A stretch of DNA of 64,000 nucleotides. Source: Candidatus Heimdallarchaeota archaeon. GTDB lineage: Archaea; Asgardarchaeota; Heimdallarchaeia; Heimdallarchaeales; Heimdallarchaeaceae. Location of the stretch: positions 1 through 64,000 of the forward strand of contig DXJF01000114.1 in assembly GCA_019057375.1 (NCBI GenBank), written 5' to 3'. Positions 47,133-57,646 of the stretch are shown here, piece after piece. The notes beneath the pieces are model-generated. The model was not told the origin of the DNA. It did not search any database and saw only the letters and a list, made by a program, of their open reading frames with translations. Position numbers and translations under genes: made by a program. Every line of letters begins with the position of its first letter. The stretch's first letter is position 1.

Positions 47133-47711
47133 ATGCACGTGTCACAATATTTCAAGAAACGAACTTATACTTTCAAAGCATTCAGGCGAGACGTTTCAAA
47201 AATATTTAGAAATAGATCTCAGATTAGAGAATCTAGGAAAACAGAAAGATTGTCTCCACAGTTCAGAGAGCGAATTATGTTAGCAGTAACAGCTGTTAAT
47301 GGTTGTAGATATTGTGAGTGGGGTCACACAAAAGCAGCATTAAATCTTGGGTGTACAGAAGAAGAAATAGAACAGATTATGAAACACGATTTCGGTTCTT
47401 GTGACCCTGATGAAGTTATAGGTCTTGCTTATGCCCAACATTATGCTGAATCAGGTGGATCACCAGCAGAAGACGCAAAACAGAAATTATTGGAATTTTA
47501 TGGTGAACAGAAGGCTCGAGACATTCAACTATACATAGATATGGTTACAATAGGGAACTTACTTGGAAATACAGTAGATGCTTTTGAAAGTAGACTAAAG
47601 GGTTTACCACCAGAAAATGGATCGTTTCTATTTGAGTTGTTACTCTATTCCTTAGGTTTTCCTTTTGTTATTATCTTCAATAGAAAAGAGAAAAAGAAAC
47701 GTAAAAATTAG
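47133..47711 (+). CDS. Carboxymuconolactone decarboxylase/AhpD-like protein
   Basis: RERIMLAVTAVNGCRYCEWGH. Confidence 0.85.
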   Translation: MHVSQYFKKRTYTFKAFRRDVSKIFRNRSQIRESRKTERLSPQFRERIMLAVTAVNGCRYCEWGHTKAALNLGCTEEEIEQIMKHDFGSCDPDEVIGLAYAQHYAESGGSPAEDAKQKLLEFYGEQKARDIQLYIDMVTIGNLLGNTVDAFESRLKGLPPENGSFLFELLLYSLGFPFVIIFNRKEKKKRKN

Positions 47712-48742
47712 TAGCCTTCTTCAAGATTTACCTCATTCAAGAATTTCTTCTTACCTTTTGCAAATCTACGTAAATTTTCTATTTGTTCATCCCATCTTTT
47801 TAGATCACCCATAGGTGATGCACCTCTATGAGGGGACACAATGACATTGTCTAGTTCATGAAAAGGATATGAGGAAGGATATTTTTTCCCTTTGTCATCT
47901 TCTTCTGGTTGATAATTGTACCAAACATCGATAGCAGCACCAGTTATTTTGCTTTCCTTCAGGGCTTCAAATAAACTCTTCTCTTCAATGATTGGTCCTC
48001 TACCTATATTAACAAGTAAACTATCTTCTCCCAGTAAGTCAAGTTCTTTTTCTTGGATTAAACCTTCGGTTACAGATGTTAAAGGTAAGGCAACAACTAG
48101 AATATCAATTTCTCTTAGGAATTTCGGAAGATCCTCAAAAGAATACTGCTCTGCAGGAGTGACTAAAGGTTCCATTTGTTTGCTCCAATTATTTCTTAGA
48201 ATGGAAAAATCGATATCGAATCCAGACAGAAAAGTGTGTACTAATCTATTAACTGCTCCATATCCTAGTAAACCTACTTTTCTTCCACGTAGAGGTATAG
48301 AAGTAGCAAATGAATCGCCTCGTCTCCAATGACCCTCAACCATCCAATTATGGTGAAGAATAACCTTGTTCATTAGAGCCAATAAGATTGCTACAACATG
48401 TTGTGCAGTAAAGTAGGCATTACCATGTCCATTGACTAAAGTTATCTTTCTATTTGTTGTTACTTCTCTGAAAAGAGGAACAAGATGTTGTACTCCTGCT
48501 CCTGGATTAATGAAAAGTTGAAGCTTGGTAGCTGCATTAAGTAATTCTTTAGAGGGACGCCACCCCATTATTATATCAGCTTCTGGAACAAGTTCTAGCA
48601 AATTTTGTTCAGAAAGATCTTCAGGAAAAACTAGATTGACATTGGGATATCCTTTTAGTCCTTCTTCCAGATAATTTCTTAAAATATCGTTTGGTTTCCA
48701 GATACAAAGAACACTTACTTCTTTTTCACTCATTATTGACAT
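47708..48742 (-). CDS. D-isomer 2-hydroxyacid dehydrogenase
   Basis: GLLGYGAV, LVNIGRG, AAIDVW and SPHRG. Confidence 0.9.
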   Translation of the reverse strand: MSIMSEKEVSVLCIWKPNDILRNYLEEGLKGYPNVNLVFPEDLSEQNLLELVPEADIIMGWRPSKELLNAATKLQLFINPGAGVQHLVPLFREVTTNRKITLVNGHGNAYFTAQHVVAILLALMNKVILHHNWMVEGHWRRGDSFATSIPLRGRKVGLLGYGAVNRLVHTFLSGFDIDFSILRNNWSKQMEPLVTPAEQYSFEDLPKFLREIDILVVALPLTSVTEGLIQEKELDLLGEDSLLVNIGRGPIIEEKSLFEALKESKITGAAIDVWYNYQPEEDDKGKKYPSSYPFHELDNVIVSPHRGASPMGDLKRWDEQIENLRRFAKGKKKFLNEVNLEEGY

Positions 48743-48862
48743 GAAAAGATTACTTGATTTTAACCTTTAGTTTATAACTGCCTATGTATCTTACTAATTG
48801 ATAACTAGAAGAGTGTATGAAAATGTCAAGGGTAAAGATATCTGTTATTAAAAATAGTTCAG

Positions 48863-49720
48863 GTGATTAAAATGAAATTTGGTTATACATTAGAAAACTT
48901 TGACATGAATTTAGAAAGAGATTTATTAATTGAAACTGCTAAAATTGCAGAAAAAGCAGGTTTTGAATCTCTTTGGACTGTTGATCATATCATGCAATCT
49001 GATGAAAAAGGTTTGACAATCTATGGAAATACTACTACTGCACTCTACAATAATATTGCTGAACCCTTAACAACGATAGCTTTTCTCGCAGGACATACAA
49101 ATAAAATTAAATTTGGAGTTTCTACTCTAGTTCTTCCTATAAGGAATCCCATTATTGTTGCTAAACAGTTAGCTACTTTAGATTATTTAACTAATGGAAG
49201 AATTGTAATGACATTCGGTGCGGGATGGAATGAATCTGAATTTGGCTTTCTTGGAGAAAATTACAAGAAACGAGGAAGCAAACTTCGAGAATGTCTTCAG
49301 ATTATAAGAGCCTTATGGAATGGTGAAACTTCATTTGAAGGAAATTATTATCAATTCCAAAACGTATGTTTCCAGCCATTAAGACCTGAACTTTCCAAAT
49401 TACCCTTAATTGTCGCAGGAACATCTGACTATATGATAGAAACAGCAATAGTATATGGTGATGGGTTACATCCAGCTGGTGCAAGTGGGCAGGAAATCAA
49501 ACAGATAATTGCACCTTATCAAGATAGATTAAATGGTAGAGATTTCTATTTATCAGTTCATGTTGACATTTACAGAGATACGAATCTGGAAAAATTAGTT
49601 AACGATTATGAAGAAAATGGAATTCATAGAGTCATTTTTGATCTATCCAGAGGAGATATCAAGCCAGAAGAAAGAATAGAGTTTCTAGAACGATTAAGTG
49701 ATTATGTAAGAAACTTTTAA
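48863..49720 (+). CDS. LLM-class (F420/flavin-dependent) oxidoreductase
   Basis: AEKAGFESLWTVDH, RNPIIVAKQLATLD and GAGWNESEF. Confidence 0.9.
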   Translation: MIKMKFGYTLENFDMNLERDLLIETAKIAEKAGFESLWTVDHIMQSDEKGLTIYGNTTTALYNNIAEPLTTIAFLAGHTNKIKFGVSTLVLPIRNPIIVAKQLATLDYLTNGRIVMTFGAGWNESEFGFLGENYKKRGSKLRECLQIIRALWNGETSFEGNYYQFQNVCFQPLRPELSKLPLIVAGTSDYMIETAIVYGDGLHPAGASGQEIKQIIAPYQDRLNGRDFYLSVHVDIYRDTNLEKLVNDYEENGIHRVIFDLSRGDIKPEERIEFLERLSDYVRNF

Positions 49721-49747
49721 ACTATTTGTGAATCAAATGTCATTTAG

Positions 49748-51040
49748 ATGATGTTTGATAAAGAATTAATTGAGCAAATTAGAACAGCCTTTCCTAGAGC
49801 AGTTTCTGATTTCAATGGACGGAAGCGTGCTTTCTTTGATAATGGTACAGCAACACTTGTTGTTGATAAAGCAGCAAAAGCTGAAACTGAAGCTCGAATC
49901 AATTGGAGTGCTAATGTAGGTGGTATTTTTGACGAGTCCAGAAAAGCAAGTGAAATTATCCTTGCGGGGAGACAATCGGTAGCAGATTTCTTAAACACTC
50001 CCGACCCATCAACTATCATCTCTGGAGAATCTGCGACTTCATTGCTCTTTAACTTAAGCTACGCTCTTGGCAAAGAACTTACTGGTAATGAAAATGTTGT
50101 TACAACAGATTATGAGCATTATACTAACGTAGACCCTTGGGTAGAACTGAATAAACGTGGAAAAATCAAGCAGGTTCGATTTACCAAGCTGAATATGGAA
50201 GAAGGTACACTCAATATGGATCACTTACAAGAATTGATAGATTCTAACACAAAAATTGTTACCATTACAGCTGCTTCGAACATGCTGGGAACAAAAAGTC
50301 CTTCAGAAAAGATTGGAAAATTGGCACGAGAAGTTGGTGCACACTTTATAGTGGATGCAGTACATCACATTCCTCATGGCCCAACTGATGTTCAAGCTTT
50401 AGACTGTGACTTTCTTGTTTTTTCAGGATACAAACTCTTTACTTCTCATGGTAGTTTTCTCTATGGTAAGAAAGAGCATCTTGAAGATCTTCAACCTTTC
50501 AAGGTAAGAACAGCTCCCAAAACTTCTCCTGGCAAATTCGAGTGGGGAACCAGGAATCAAGCAACATTCGCAGCTTTTAGTGGTGTTATTGATCATTTTC
50601 TTTGGTTATCAAAAGAAGTTCAATCCAAGTACGAAAATGAATTCTCGAATTTTGATGAAAATAAGCGTGCATTGAAGATTGCAATGGATGCAATAGAACA
50701 GTACGAAACAGAATTTTCCAAAGCCATCCTTACTGGATTTGATGACATCCCAGGTTTGCTAGACATGCCAAAAGTAACAGTATACGGATTGACTGACCTA
50801 AACCGATTAGACGAAAGAGACCCAACCTTTTCCTTTGAAGTAGAAAACATTCCTGAAGAAGAAGTAGTTAAACGCCTTTGGAAGGAAGGAGGGATAGCTG
50901 CTCGCGCAGGTCACTATTATTCATATGCTCAAGATATCTATAATAAGCAGAAGATTATCAGAATTAGTTTAGTTCACTACAATACAATAGAAGAAATCAG
51001 GCTATTCTTGAAAACCTTGGATTCAATATGCAAATCATGA
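49748..51040 (+). CDS. Class V aminotransferase / cysteine desulfurase-like protein
   Basis: FFDN, EHYTN, VDAVH, FSGYK, FEWGT and RISLVHYNT. Confidence 0.88.
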   Translation: MMFDKELIEQIRTAFPRAVSDFNGRKRAFFDNGTATLVVDKAAKAETEARINWSANVGGIFDESRKASEIILAGRQSVADFLNTPDPSTIISGESATSLLFNLSYALGKELTGNENVVTTDYEHYTNVDPWVELNKRGKIKQVRFTKLNMEEGTLNMDHLQELIDSNTKIVTITAASNMLGTKSPSEKIGKLAREVGAHFIVDAVHHIPHGPTDVQALDCDFLVFSGYKLFTSHGSFLYGKKEHLEDLQPFKVRTAPKTSPGKFEWGTRNQATFAAFSGVIDHFLWLSKEVQSKYENEFSNFDENKRALKIAMDAIEQYETEFSKAILTGFDDIPGLLDMPKVTVYGLTDLNRLDERDPTFSFEVENIPEEEVVKRLWKEGGIAARAGHYYSYAQDIYNKQKIIRISLVHYNTIEEIRLFLKTLDSICKS

Positions 51041-51237
51041 TAACACTCAACTCTAACAGAAATAAGTTAGATGGAAAAAGGAAGCTAGCGCTACTAAGCT
51101 TGCCATATCATTAATAAGAATGCAACGTCTGAACCACCAAGCAGAGTAGGCAAGCTAGCTTCAGAAGGATATGAAGAAAAGAGTATAAAAACACAAAAAA
51201 ATTGAAACAATAATTGTAATTAAGAAAGAAGGAAGGA

Positions 51238-51314
51238 TGGCGCCGCTGGTAGGATTTGAACCTACGACCGATCGGTTAACAGCCGATTGCTCCACCAGAC
51301 TGAGCTACAACGGC
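51238..51314 (-). tRNA. tRNA-Asn(GTT); CCA encoded
   Basis: GCCGTTG...ATCGG CTGTTAA CCGAT...CAGCGGC G CCA. Confidence 0.96.
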
Positions 51315-51429
51315 ATACTTTTGGTTACATTCGTTCTACTTCCTTTTTCTTTTTAAACCTTTTTTTCTATTCTTTAATTTCTCATAGGAAGAATTATCAA
51401 CAAGGAACCGTCAGTTTATTGGAGTAAAA

Positions 51430-52104
51430 ATGGATATTAAATCTCAGGAAGAGTTGTTTGAGAAGAATTGGGAGCATTATAGTAAAATTATGTTAGAAGA
51501 TAAAGTACCTCTTTTTGATGATAGTGTAATCTACTCTGGAAAAAAACTCTACGATAAAAACAATCCTCCTTTTCTAGCCTCTATTGTTAAGGTTCCTCAT
51601 TCCCTTTGTGAAAACCTCCAACAAATTCAAGCTGCTTTCGATAGGATTGATCACAGACATACTTATTTTCATCCCATATATTTTCACATTACTCTAAAAG
51701 AATTTGGCTGGGAGGACCAAGTAGAAATCAAGGAAATCAGTGAAAAAATGACAAGGGTTGCAAATAATTTTTCACCTTTTGAATTAGAAATCAAAGGAAT
51801 TAATTGCTTTGAAAGAATCATTTTTGCACAAGTGTTCGATAAGAATCAGGTTCTAGAATCTATCTTTAATAAGATTTTTGAAGAGTTTCCACATTTGGAA
51901 AAATACTTCCCATTCTATATTCCCCACATATCTTTAGCTAGAATAGAAACAACTGAAGCCAGGAATTTAATTCATGTGATAAATGAAAAATATAGAAATA
52001 TGGAAATTGGATTTATGCGAGTAGAAGATATTCAGATTGTAGCGGCTAGACCTTATCTAACGGTTGGAAGGATAGATATCCGTGAGAAAATCAGTCTTGG
52101 ATAA
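51430..52104 (+). CDS. 2H phosphoesterase (2'-5' RNA ligase/LigT family)
   Basis: Two HxT/S motifs: FHITL and PHISL. Confidence 0.8.
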   Translation: MDIKSQEELFEKNWEHYSKIMLEDKVPLFDDSVIYSGKKLYDKNNPPFLASIVKVPHSLCENLQQIQAAFDRIDHRHTYFHPIYFHITLKEFGWEDQVEIKEISEKMTRVANNFSPFELEIKGINCFERIIFAQVFDKNQVLESIFNKIFEEFPHLEKYFPFYIPHISLARIETTEARNLIHVINEKYRNMEIGFMRVEDIQIVAARPYLTVGRIDIREKISLG

Positions 52105-52165
52105 AAGATAGTAACAATCAAAATATTTTTTATACGAATATCATCAAAACTCCTTGCAAAGTATT

Positions 52166-52240
52166 GCCTCGGTAACTCAGTGGTAGAGTGATTGACTTGT
52201 AATCAATTAGTCGAGGGTTCAATTCCCTTCCGAGGCTCCA
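52166..52240 (+). tRNA. tRNA-Thr(TGT); CCA encoded
   Basis: GCCTCGG...ATTGA CTTGTAA TCAAT...CCGAGGC T CCA. Confidence 0.96.
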
Positions 52241-52261
52241 TCTTTTTCTTCTATTACTTCA

Positions 52262-52795
52262 TTACAGTTTACTCTTTGCTTTTTCAATTATGTTTTGTAT
52301 GAAATCTGATTTGCCTTCTGTATATTTTTCTCTATCATTTCCATATTTAAGAAATAATTTCTGTTTAAGTTCAGAATATTGTTCTAATTCTTTTGGATAT
52401 TTTCTCAAAAAATCTCTAAACAGAATATGTTTATCCCATTCATAATGACCTTTTAGCATAACATGAAGATGATGGGTTCTATAATTCTCTCCCCCTTTCA
52501 CAAACATATGTCTATCTGGGATTCCCTGCTCTCCCCTATAGATAAAACCAACATTTTTTAGAGGAATAATGATTTTCTCAATATTATCAAGTGAATCAAT
52601 AGCAACAGCGATATCTATTATTGGTTTAGCTACAGAGTTTGGAATGGCAGTGCTTCCAATATGTTGGATATCAACTAGAAAATCAGCTATCACTGCTGAC
52701 ATTAACTCTTTTTCCTGTTTGAAAAAATCTTTCCACTGTAGATTATATGGTTTTAACAGAACTGTACCACGTTTTAAACCAATCATCAAACCCAT
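52262..52795 (-). CDS. GrpB-family (UPF0157) nucleotidyltransferase-like protein
   Basis: HIGSTAIP..VAKPIIDI, RTHHLHV, FRDFLR and YTEGK. Confidence 0.9.
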   Translation of the reverse strand: MGLMIGLKRGTVLLKPYNLQWKDFFKQEKELMSAVIADFLVDIQHIGSTAIPNSVAKPIIDIAVAIDSLDNIEKIIIPLKNVGFIYRGEQGIPDRHMFVKGGENYRTHHLHVMLKGHYEWDKHILFRDFLRKYPKELEQYSELKQKLFLKYGNDREKYTEGKSDFIQNIIEKAKSKL

Positions 52796-52888
52796 TTTAA
52801 AAACAGTTTATTTAGATTTTTTCATCGCTCATAATAGCAAAATGATGATGACTCCCTCCCTTCGACAGAGACCTTACTTTGTTTGTTC

Positions 52889-53209
52889 TTATGAACTATC
52901 AGCTGTTACTATTTCCATTAATCCTAATATTTCGAGTAGTTTTCTTTCTAAATCTATTCCTACTACACCTGCTAATGCTAAAGTACTAAGAAGACTTTCA
53001 ATTAATTCATCCTCAATAGTTGGATCACATTCTAAACCTTCACAGTCATCTAATATTTGGCTAGCAAAAGCATTCAACATTTTTTCTCCCATTATTCTGC
53101 TTGGAGTTTTTGGAATATTCATTACATCTAATTGTTTTACACTGTTTCTACTGTTAATGAGTTCAAGCAGTTTCTTTTGTGCCTCGTTAATTGTTACCAT
53201 CATCATCAC
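52889..53209 (-). CDS. Small helical protein, possibly degenerate MazG-like
   Basis: IEDELIESLLSTLALAGVVGIDLE resembles MazG-like EELADV...LAN..GIDL. Confidence 0.4.
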   Translation of the reverse strand: MMMMVTINEAQKKLLELINSRNSVKQLDVMNIPKTPSRIMGEKMLNAFASQILDDCEGLECDPTIEDELIESLLSTLALAGVVGIDLERKLLEILGLMEIVTADSS

Positions 53210-53606
53210 CTATTCTTCGGAGTTTTTCCTATTTATACAGAGATAATATTTACTTTTAAAATCATCTAATATATTTACTTAATGATTCATTGTTCCACAA
53301 GAAATCTAATAGAAAAAATTATTTTTTCCTTAGAGGTGGATTCGTTAAGAAGAGGGGCTGAATCTCCGAAGAACCACCGTTTCCATTGGAAACTATGGGG
53401 AGGGGCTTTAAACGGCTGAAAGACAACTAATCATTAAATTTAGGATTTTTGTCGGGAGTCTGTAAACTGATTTTTGTCGGTAAATGTAATACCAGCCTAT
53501 TATCAAAAAAAGTAGTTTTCACTTAAATTTTCAAAGGTTTATACTAAAACAAATCTTTTCGATATCGAAATGTTAAAAAAAGGAGGAAGGGAAGACAATC
53601 CAACAT

Positions 53607-53682
53607 GGGCCAGTAGATCAGTTGGGAGATCGCATCGCTTGCACCGATGAGGCCTCGGGTTCAAGTCCCGACTGGTCCACCA
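53607..53682 (+). tRNA. tRNA-Ala(TGC); CCA encoded
   Basis: Cloverleaf with G3:U70; CATCG CTTGCAC CGATG. Confidence 0.96.
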
Positions 53683-53748
53683 TTTTTACCTTTCAGAGTT
53701 AATGATTAAAGAAAGGTTTTTGTTTTCAAATAGAATAAGGATTTTGAA

Positions 53749-54474
53749 ATGATGGTTTCTGCAATTATTCCAGTCCATAATGAAGAAGGTAACGTTATAC
53801 CTGTATACCGTGAACTAAAAGAGATATTGCAGAAAGTAACAACTGATTTTGAGATAATCTTTGTAGACGATGGGTCGAAGGACACTACCTTGGATAAGCT
53901 TCTTTCACTTAAATCTAAGGAAGAAAAACTGCGTATTATTCAATTTAAGAAAAACTATGGTAAAAGTGCAGCTCTTTCAGCTGGATTTGACAATGCAGAA
54001 GGAGATTCCATCATCACACTTGATGGAGATGGCCAAGATGACCCAAATAACATTCCTAATCTAATCAGTGCCTTAACAGAAGAATATGACTTTGTTTGTG
54101 GTTGGAGAAATAAACGTAAGGATAAATTTCTTAAAAAAACTAGCTCGAAAATTTACAATTTTCTAAATAGGGTAATTAATCGAAGTAAAATTCACGATAA
54201 CAATTGTATGCTGAGAATTTACAGAAAAGAAGCTGTTTCGGATTTAAAATTAACAAAGGGGGCACATAGATACATCCCAACAATTCTTACCAGCAAAGGT
54301 TTCAGAATTGCAGAAATAGAAGTCAATCACAGACCAAGATTAACAGGGGAATCAAGTTATGGTTTCAAACGGCTTTTTGTTGGATTCTTTCATTTATTCA
54401 GATTTCGTTCTTTTAACAGAATTAATCAAAAGTCAATATATGCAATAGAAAAGAAATATGGTTTTGAGGAATAA
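53749..54474 (+). CDS. GT2 glycosyltransferase (polyprenol-P glycosyltransferase-like)
   Basis: IIPVHNEE, VDDGSKD, NYGKSAAL and LDGDGQDDP. Confidence 0.9.
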   Translation: MMVSAIIPVHNEEGNVIPVYRELKEILQKVTTDFEIIFVDDGSKDTTLDKLLSLKSKEEKLRIIQFKKNYGKSAALSAGFDNAEGDSIITLDGDGQDDPNNIPNLISALTEEYDFVCGWRNKRKDKFLKKTSSKIYNFLNRVINRSKIHDNNCMLRIYRKEAVSDLKLTKGAHRYIPTILTSKGFRIAEIEVNHRPRLTGESSYGFKRLFVGFFHLFRFRSFNRINQKSIYAIEKKYGFEE

Positions 54475-54485
54475 TATCTAATAGA

Positions 54486-55475
54486 TCAAACTAGTTTCTG
54501 TTCTTTCATCCAGTTAAAAGCATCCTGAAAAGAATCTTTAATAGAATATTCTGGTTCAAAACCCACTATTTGGTTAATTTTTTCTAAACTATATACTCTT
54601 GTTCTACTGAATTGATTTACTCTTCTACGGGATATTTTTGGTGTTGATTTTTTTATTTTAGCCATTGTTTCACTAAAAACAGCTGCAATTATCGCTAGTG
54701 GGAAGCTTATTTCTTCAAATATAGGTTTTTTTCTGGTAATTTCTCCGACCATTTCAAATAACTCCCGAGCAGTGCAAGTAGAACCAATAACATGAAAAGC
54801 TTCACAATTAGCTTTTTCTGTAGCTCCACACATAACTAAAGCTCTAGCTACATCCTCATGATGAACAAAAGAAACAACAGCTTTACCAGTTCCAACAAGA
54901 GGTATCTTTCTTTCCTTCAAAAGGTAATCAAAAACTTTGGGTGCTACTTGTCTATCCCTTGGACCAACAATGTAAGGTGGTCTAACTGCTGATGCAAAAA
55001 AACCATGCTCTTGTGCATACTTGAATATTAATTTCTCTGCTATCCATTTAGTTTCATGATAAGGATGGTCAGATTTTTTTGGATAATCCTCTTTTATTGG
55101 TTGGTTTTTTACCTTGTAACCATAAATGCCAACTGTACTTACATGTAAGAATTTTTTCCCATTGTTCTCAACAAATGCTTCAAGCAAATTCTTTGTACCG
55201 GTTACATTAACATCATAATATAATCTCGAGGGAATATTATCTCTAGCTTCTCCTGCAGCATTATAGACATCATCTATTCCGTTTAACGCTTTTACTAGAG
55301 ATTCTTTATCAGTTAAATCTCCTTTAACGAAACTGATACCTAGTTCTTCTAAAGCAGGATATTTTTTGTCTGACCTAGTTAATGCTTTGATTTCTGTCTT
55401 TGGATATTCTTCTCTTAATTTCTTAGCGATAAAATATCCTACTGCACTAGTTGCTCCAGTTACCAATATAGTCAT
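54486..55475 (-). CDS. NAD-dependent epimerase/dehydratase (extended SDR)
   Basis: LVTGAT, HVSTVGIYG, YHETK and RPPYIVGP. Confidence 0.88.
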   Translation of the reverse strand: MTILVTGATSAVGYFIAKKLREEYPKTEIKALTRSDKKYPALEELGISFVKGDLTDKESLVKALNGIDDVYNAAGEARDNIPSRLYYDVNVTGTKNLLEAFVENNGKKFLHVSTVGIYGYKVKNQPIKEDYPKKSDHPYHETKWIAEKLIFKYAQEHGFFASAVRPPYIVGPRDRQVAPKVFDYLLKERKIPLVGTGKAVVSFVHHEDVARALVMCGATEKANCEAFHVIGSTCTARELFEMVGEITRKKPIFEEISFPLAIIAAVFSETMAKIKKSTPKISRRRVNQFSRTRVYSLEKINQIVGFEPEYSIKDSFQDAFNWMKEQKLV

Positions 55476-55599
55476 TTTCTTCCATCTAAAGTAAAACGGG
55501 TTCTATATATTTTTTTAGAATGAAAAAGGACTAGAAGCTAAATTATTTTAACTTCTGTTAAAGCGAAACGCTTTTTTAAACCGATTTTGTAACTAACTT

Positions 55600-57033
55600 A
55601 TGATAAAAATTTACAGCACTCTTACACGTCAACTTGAAGAGTTCAAGACTATTGAACCTAGTGTTGTGAAGTGGTATAACTGTGGACCAACAGTTAATGG
55701 TCTAATGCATTTAGGGCACGCTAGGTCAGCCATAGCCTTTGATACTATTCGAAGATATCTTGAGTATAAAGAATACAAGGTGGAATATGTAATGAATTTC
55801 ACAGATATCGAAGATAGGGTGATAGAGGTAGCAAAACAGGAGCAAAGAGCTGTACTAGAAGTTGCAGAGGAGTATCTAAGCTATTTTCGAAGGGATATGG
55901 CAAGTTTAAATCTAAAAGAAGCTACTGTACACCCTCGAGCCATGCTTCACATTAACCAAATGATTGAGTTCATTGAGGGGTTAATAGAAAAGGGATATGC
56001 ATATGAGAGTGGTGGTGATGTCTATTTTGATGTTAGAAAATTTGATGAATACGGAAAACTATCAAACCAAAAAATAGACAATATCCTACAAGAAGGTACA
56101 GAAGATGCTAAGAATCCTAAAAAACGCTTTCCTGCAGACTTTGCACTCTGGAAGGAGAAGAAAGAAGGGGAACCATATTGGTTCTCGCCATGGGGAGATG
56201 GAAGGGTTGGCTGGAGTATCGAATGTTCACAAATGTCTATGATGTACCTTGGCGATACTTTAGACATCCACAGCGGTGGTCAGGATCTTATCTTTCCTCA
56301 TCATGAAAATGAAATTGCTCAGTCCGAAGCACTTACTGGAAAACCTTTCGCCAAGTACTGGCTCCATAATGGTTATGTTAACATAGATAAGGAGAAGATG
56401 AGCAAATCTCTAGGCAATTTTGTCAATATTGTTGATTTGCTCCAACACTATTCTCCTGATGCTGTTCGCTTATTTGTCCTTCAAACCCATTACCGTAGTC
56501 CAATTACCTTTACTGAGGATGCAATAGATCAAGCTCAAATAACATCGGATAGGTTGTTTGATGTTATTCTACTAACCAAGAATTATGCAACCGATACAAC
56601 AGTGGATGAAAGTGCTCTATCGGATTTAGATAAAGATTTACTAGAAAAAATCACCAAAGCTAGAGAGGATTTTGTTAATGCAATGGATGAAGACTTCAAC
56701 ACATCTAATGGTTTTGCTGTAGTCTTTGACTATTCTAGGGAAGTTAATGATTATCTTCGAAAAGCGGACAAAATTAATGGAGCTGTTATTAACAAAGCTG
56801 ATGAACTATTCGATGAATTCAGGTCAGTTTTTGGTTTATATGAAGATTTTAACAGTTACTTATCAATGGATTTAGTTGAAAAGCTAGTTAAGCTTCTTGT
56901 TGAATTACGTGGTGAATATAGGAAAGAGAAGAATTGGGAAATGAGTGACAAAATAAGAGATGAGCTAAAGCAAGCTGGTGTCACCTTGGAAGACAATCCA
57001 AAAAGAATTCTCTGGAAACTTAGTGAAAACTAG
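55600..57033 (+). CDS. cysS: Cysteine--tRNA ligase
   Basis: CGPTV, HLGH, DFALWK, DLIFPHHENE, KMSKS and MDEDFNT. Confidence 0.96.
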   Translation: MIKIYSTLTRQLEEFKTIEPSVVKWYNCGPTVNGLMHLGHARSAIAFDTIRRYLEYKEYKVEYVMNFTDIEDRVIEVAKQEQRAVLEVAEEYLSYFRRDMASLNLKEATVHPRAMLHINQMIEFIEGLIEKGYAYESGGDVYFDVRKFDEYGKLSNQKIDNILQEGTEDAKNPKKRFPADFALWKEKKEGEPYWFSPWGDGRVGWSIECSQMSMMYLGDTLDIHSGGQDLIFPHHENEIAQSEALTGKPFAKYWLHNGYVNIDKEKMSKSLGNFVNIVDLLQHYSPDAVRLFVLQTHYRSPITFTEDAIDQAQITSDRLFDVILLTKNYATDTTVDESALSDLDKDLLEKITKAREDFVNAMDEDFNTSNGFAVVFDYSREVNDYLRKADKINGAVINKADELFDEFRSVFGLYEDFNSYLSMDLVEKLVKLLVELRGEYRKEKNWEMSDKIRDELKQAGVTLEDNPKRILWKLSEN

Positions 57034-57113
57034 GAGCTCCCTCCTTTTTTATTTCTAATTTCAGACAAAATAATCTAAAATGATTTATAATCTGTGTTTG
57101 ACTAAAGAAGTTA

Positions 57114-57551
57114 ATGACTAGAATGTATGGTGTCCCTGAAGATTTCAAAGTATATATGTACACTGCAGTTGGAATGGTGATTACTGGTGTTGTGGCTTTT
57201 ATTATTTTCTTAATAATTGGAATTACAGCTTTAATTTCAGCTAGTGTAATTGCCATCGGATGTGGTTTTTTTATAGCTGCAGGAATGGGCTTTGGCTTTC
57301 TTAGAAAAAAGAAGAAAGACACTAACGCTGACCTCAATATTACAATAGTAATTAGAATTTTGTTACTTTTAGCTTTTGCTGTGAGTACTTATCTAACTAT
57401 ATTTTCAGGTTTTTATATTATAGAATCTGATCCCTTCTCAACTAATATGCTTATCACTCTGGCAATTATACTTCCGATAGTTATTATATCGCTAATTACT
57501 TGTGACCTATTTCTAAATCGAAAGAGGAATGAAAAAGAAGGGAGTAATTAA
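57114..57551 (+). CDS. Four-TM membrane protein
   Basis: Four hydrophobic segments. Confidence 0.55.
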   Translation: MTRMYGVPEDFKVYMYTAVGMVITGVVAFIIFLIIGITALISASVIAIGCGFFIAAGMGFGFLRKKKKDTNADLNITIVIRILLLLAFAVSTYLTIFSGFYIIESDPFSTNMLITLAIILPIVIISLITCDLFLNRKRNEKEGSN

Positions 57552-57646
57552 TCATTTAGCCATAAAAAAACCTAGGAATTCGTTAATTAAGGCAAAATCT
57601 GATTAATGGTTCCTGTTGAATTTGAAAGGAATGATTTATACGATTT

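Noticed and set aside
55600-57033. CysRS motif variants (GWSIEC instead of GWHIEC)
   Set aside because: The zinc-ligand motifs (CGPT, IEC, HHENE) and HIGH/KMSKS are intact; ordinary divergence.
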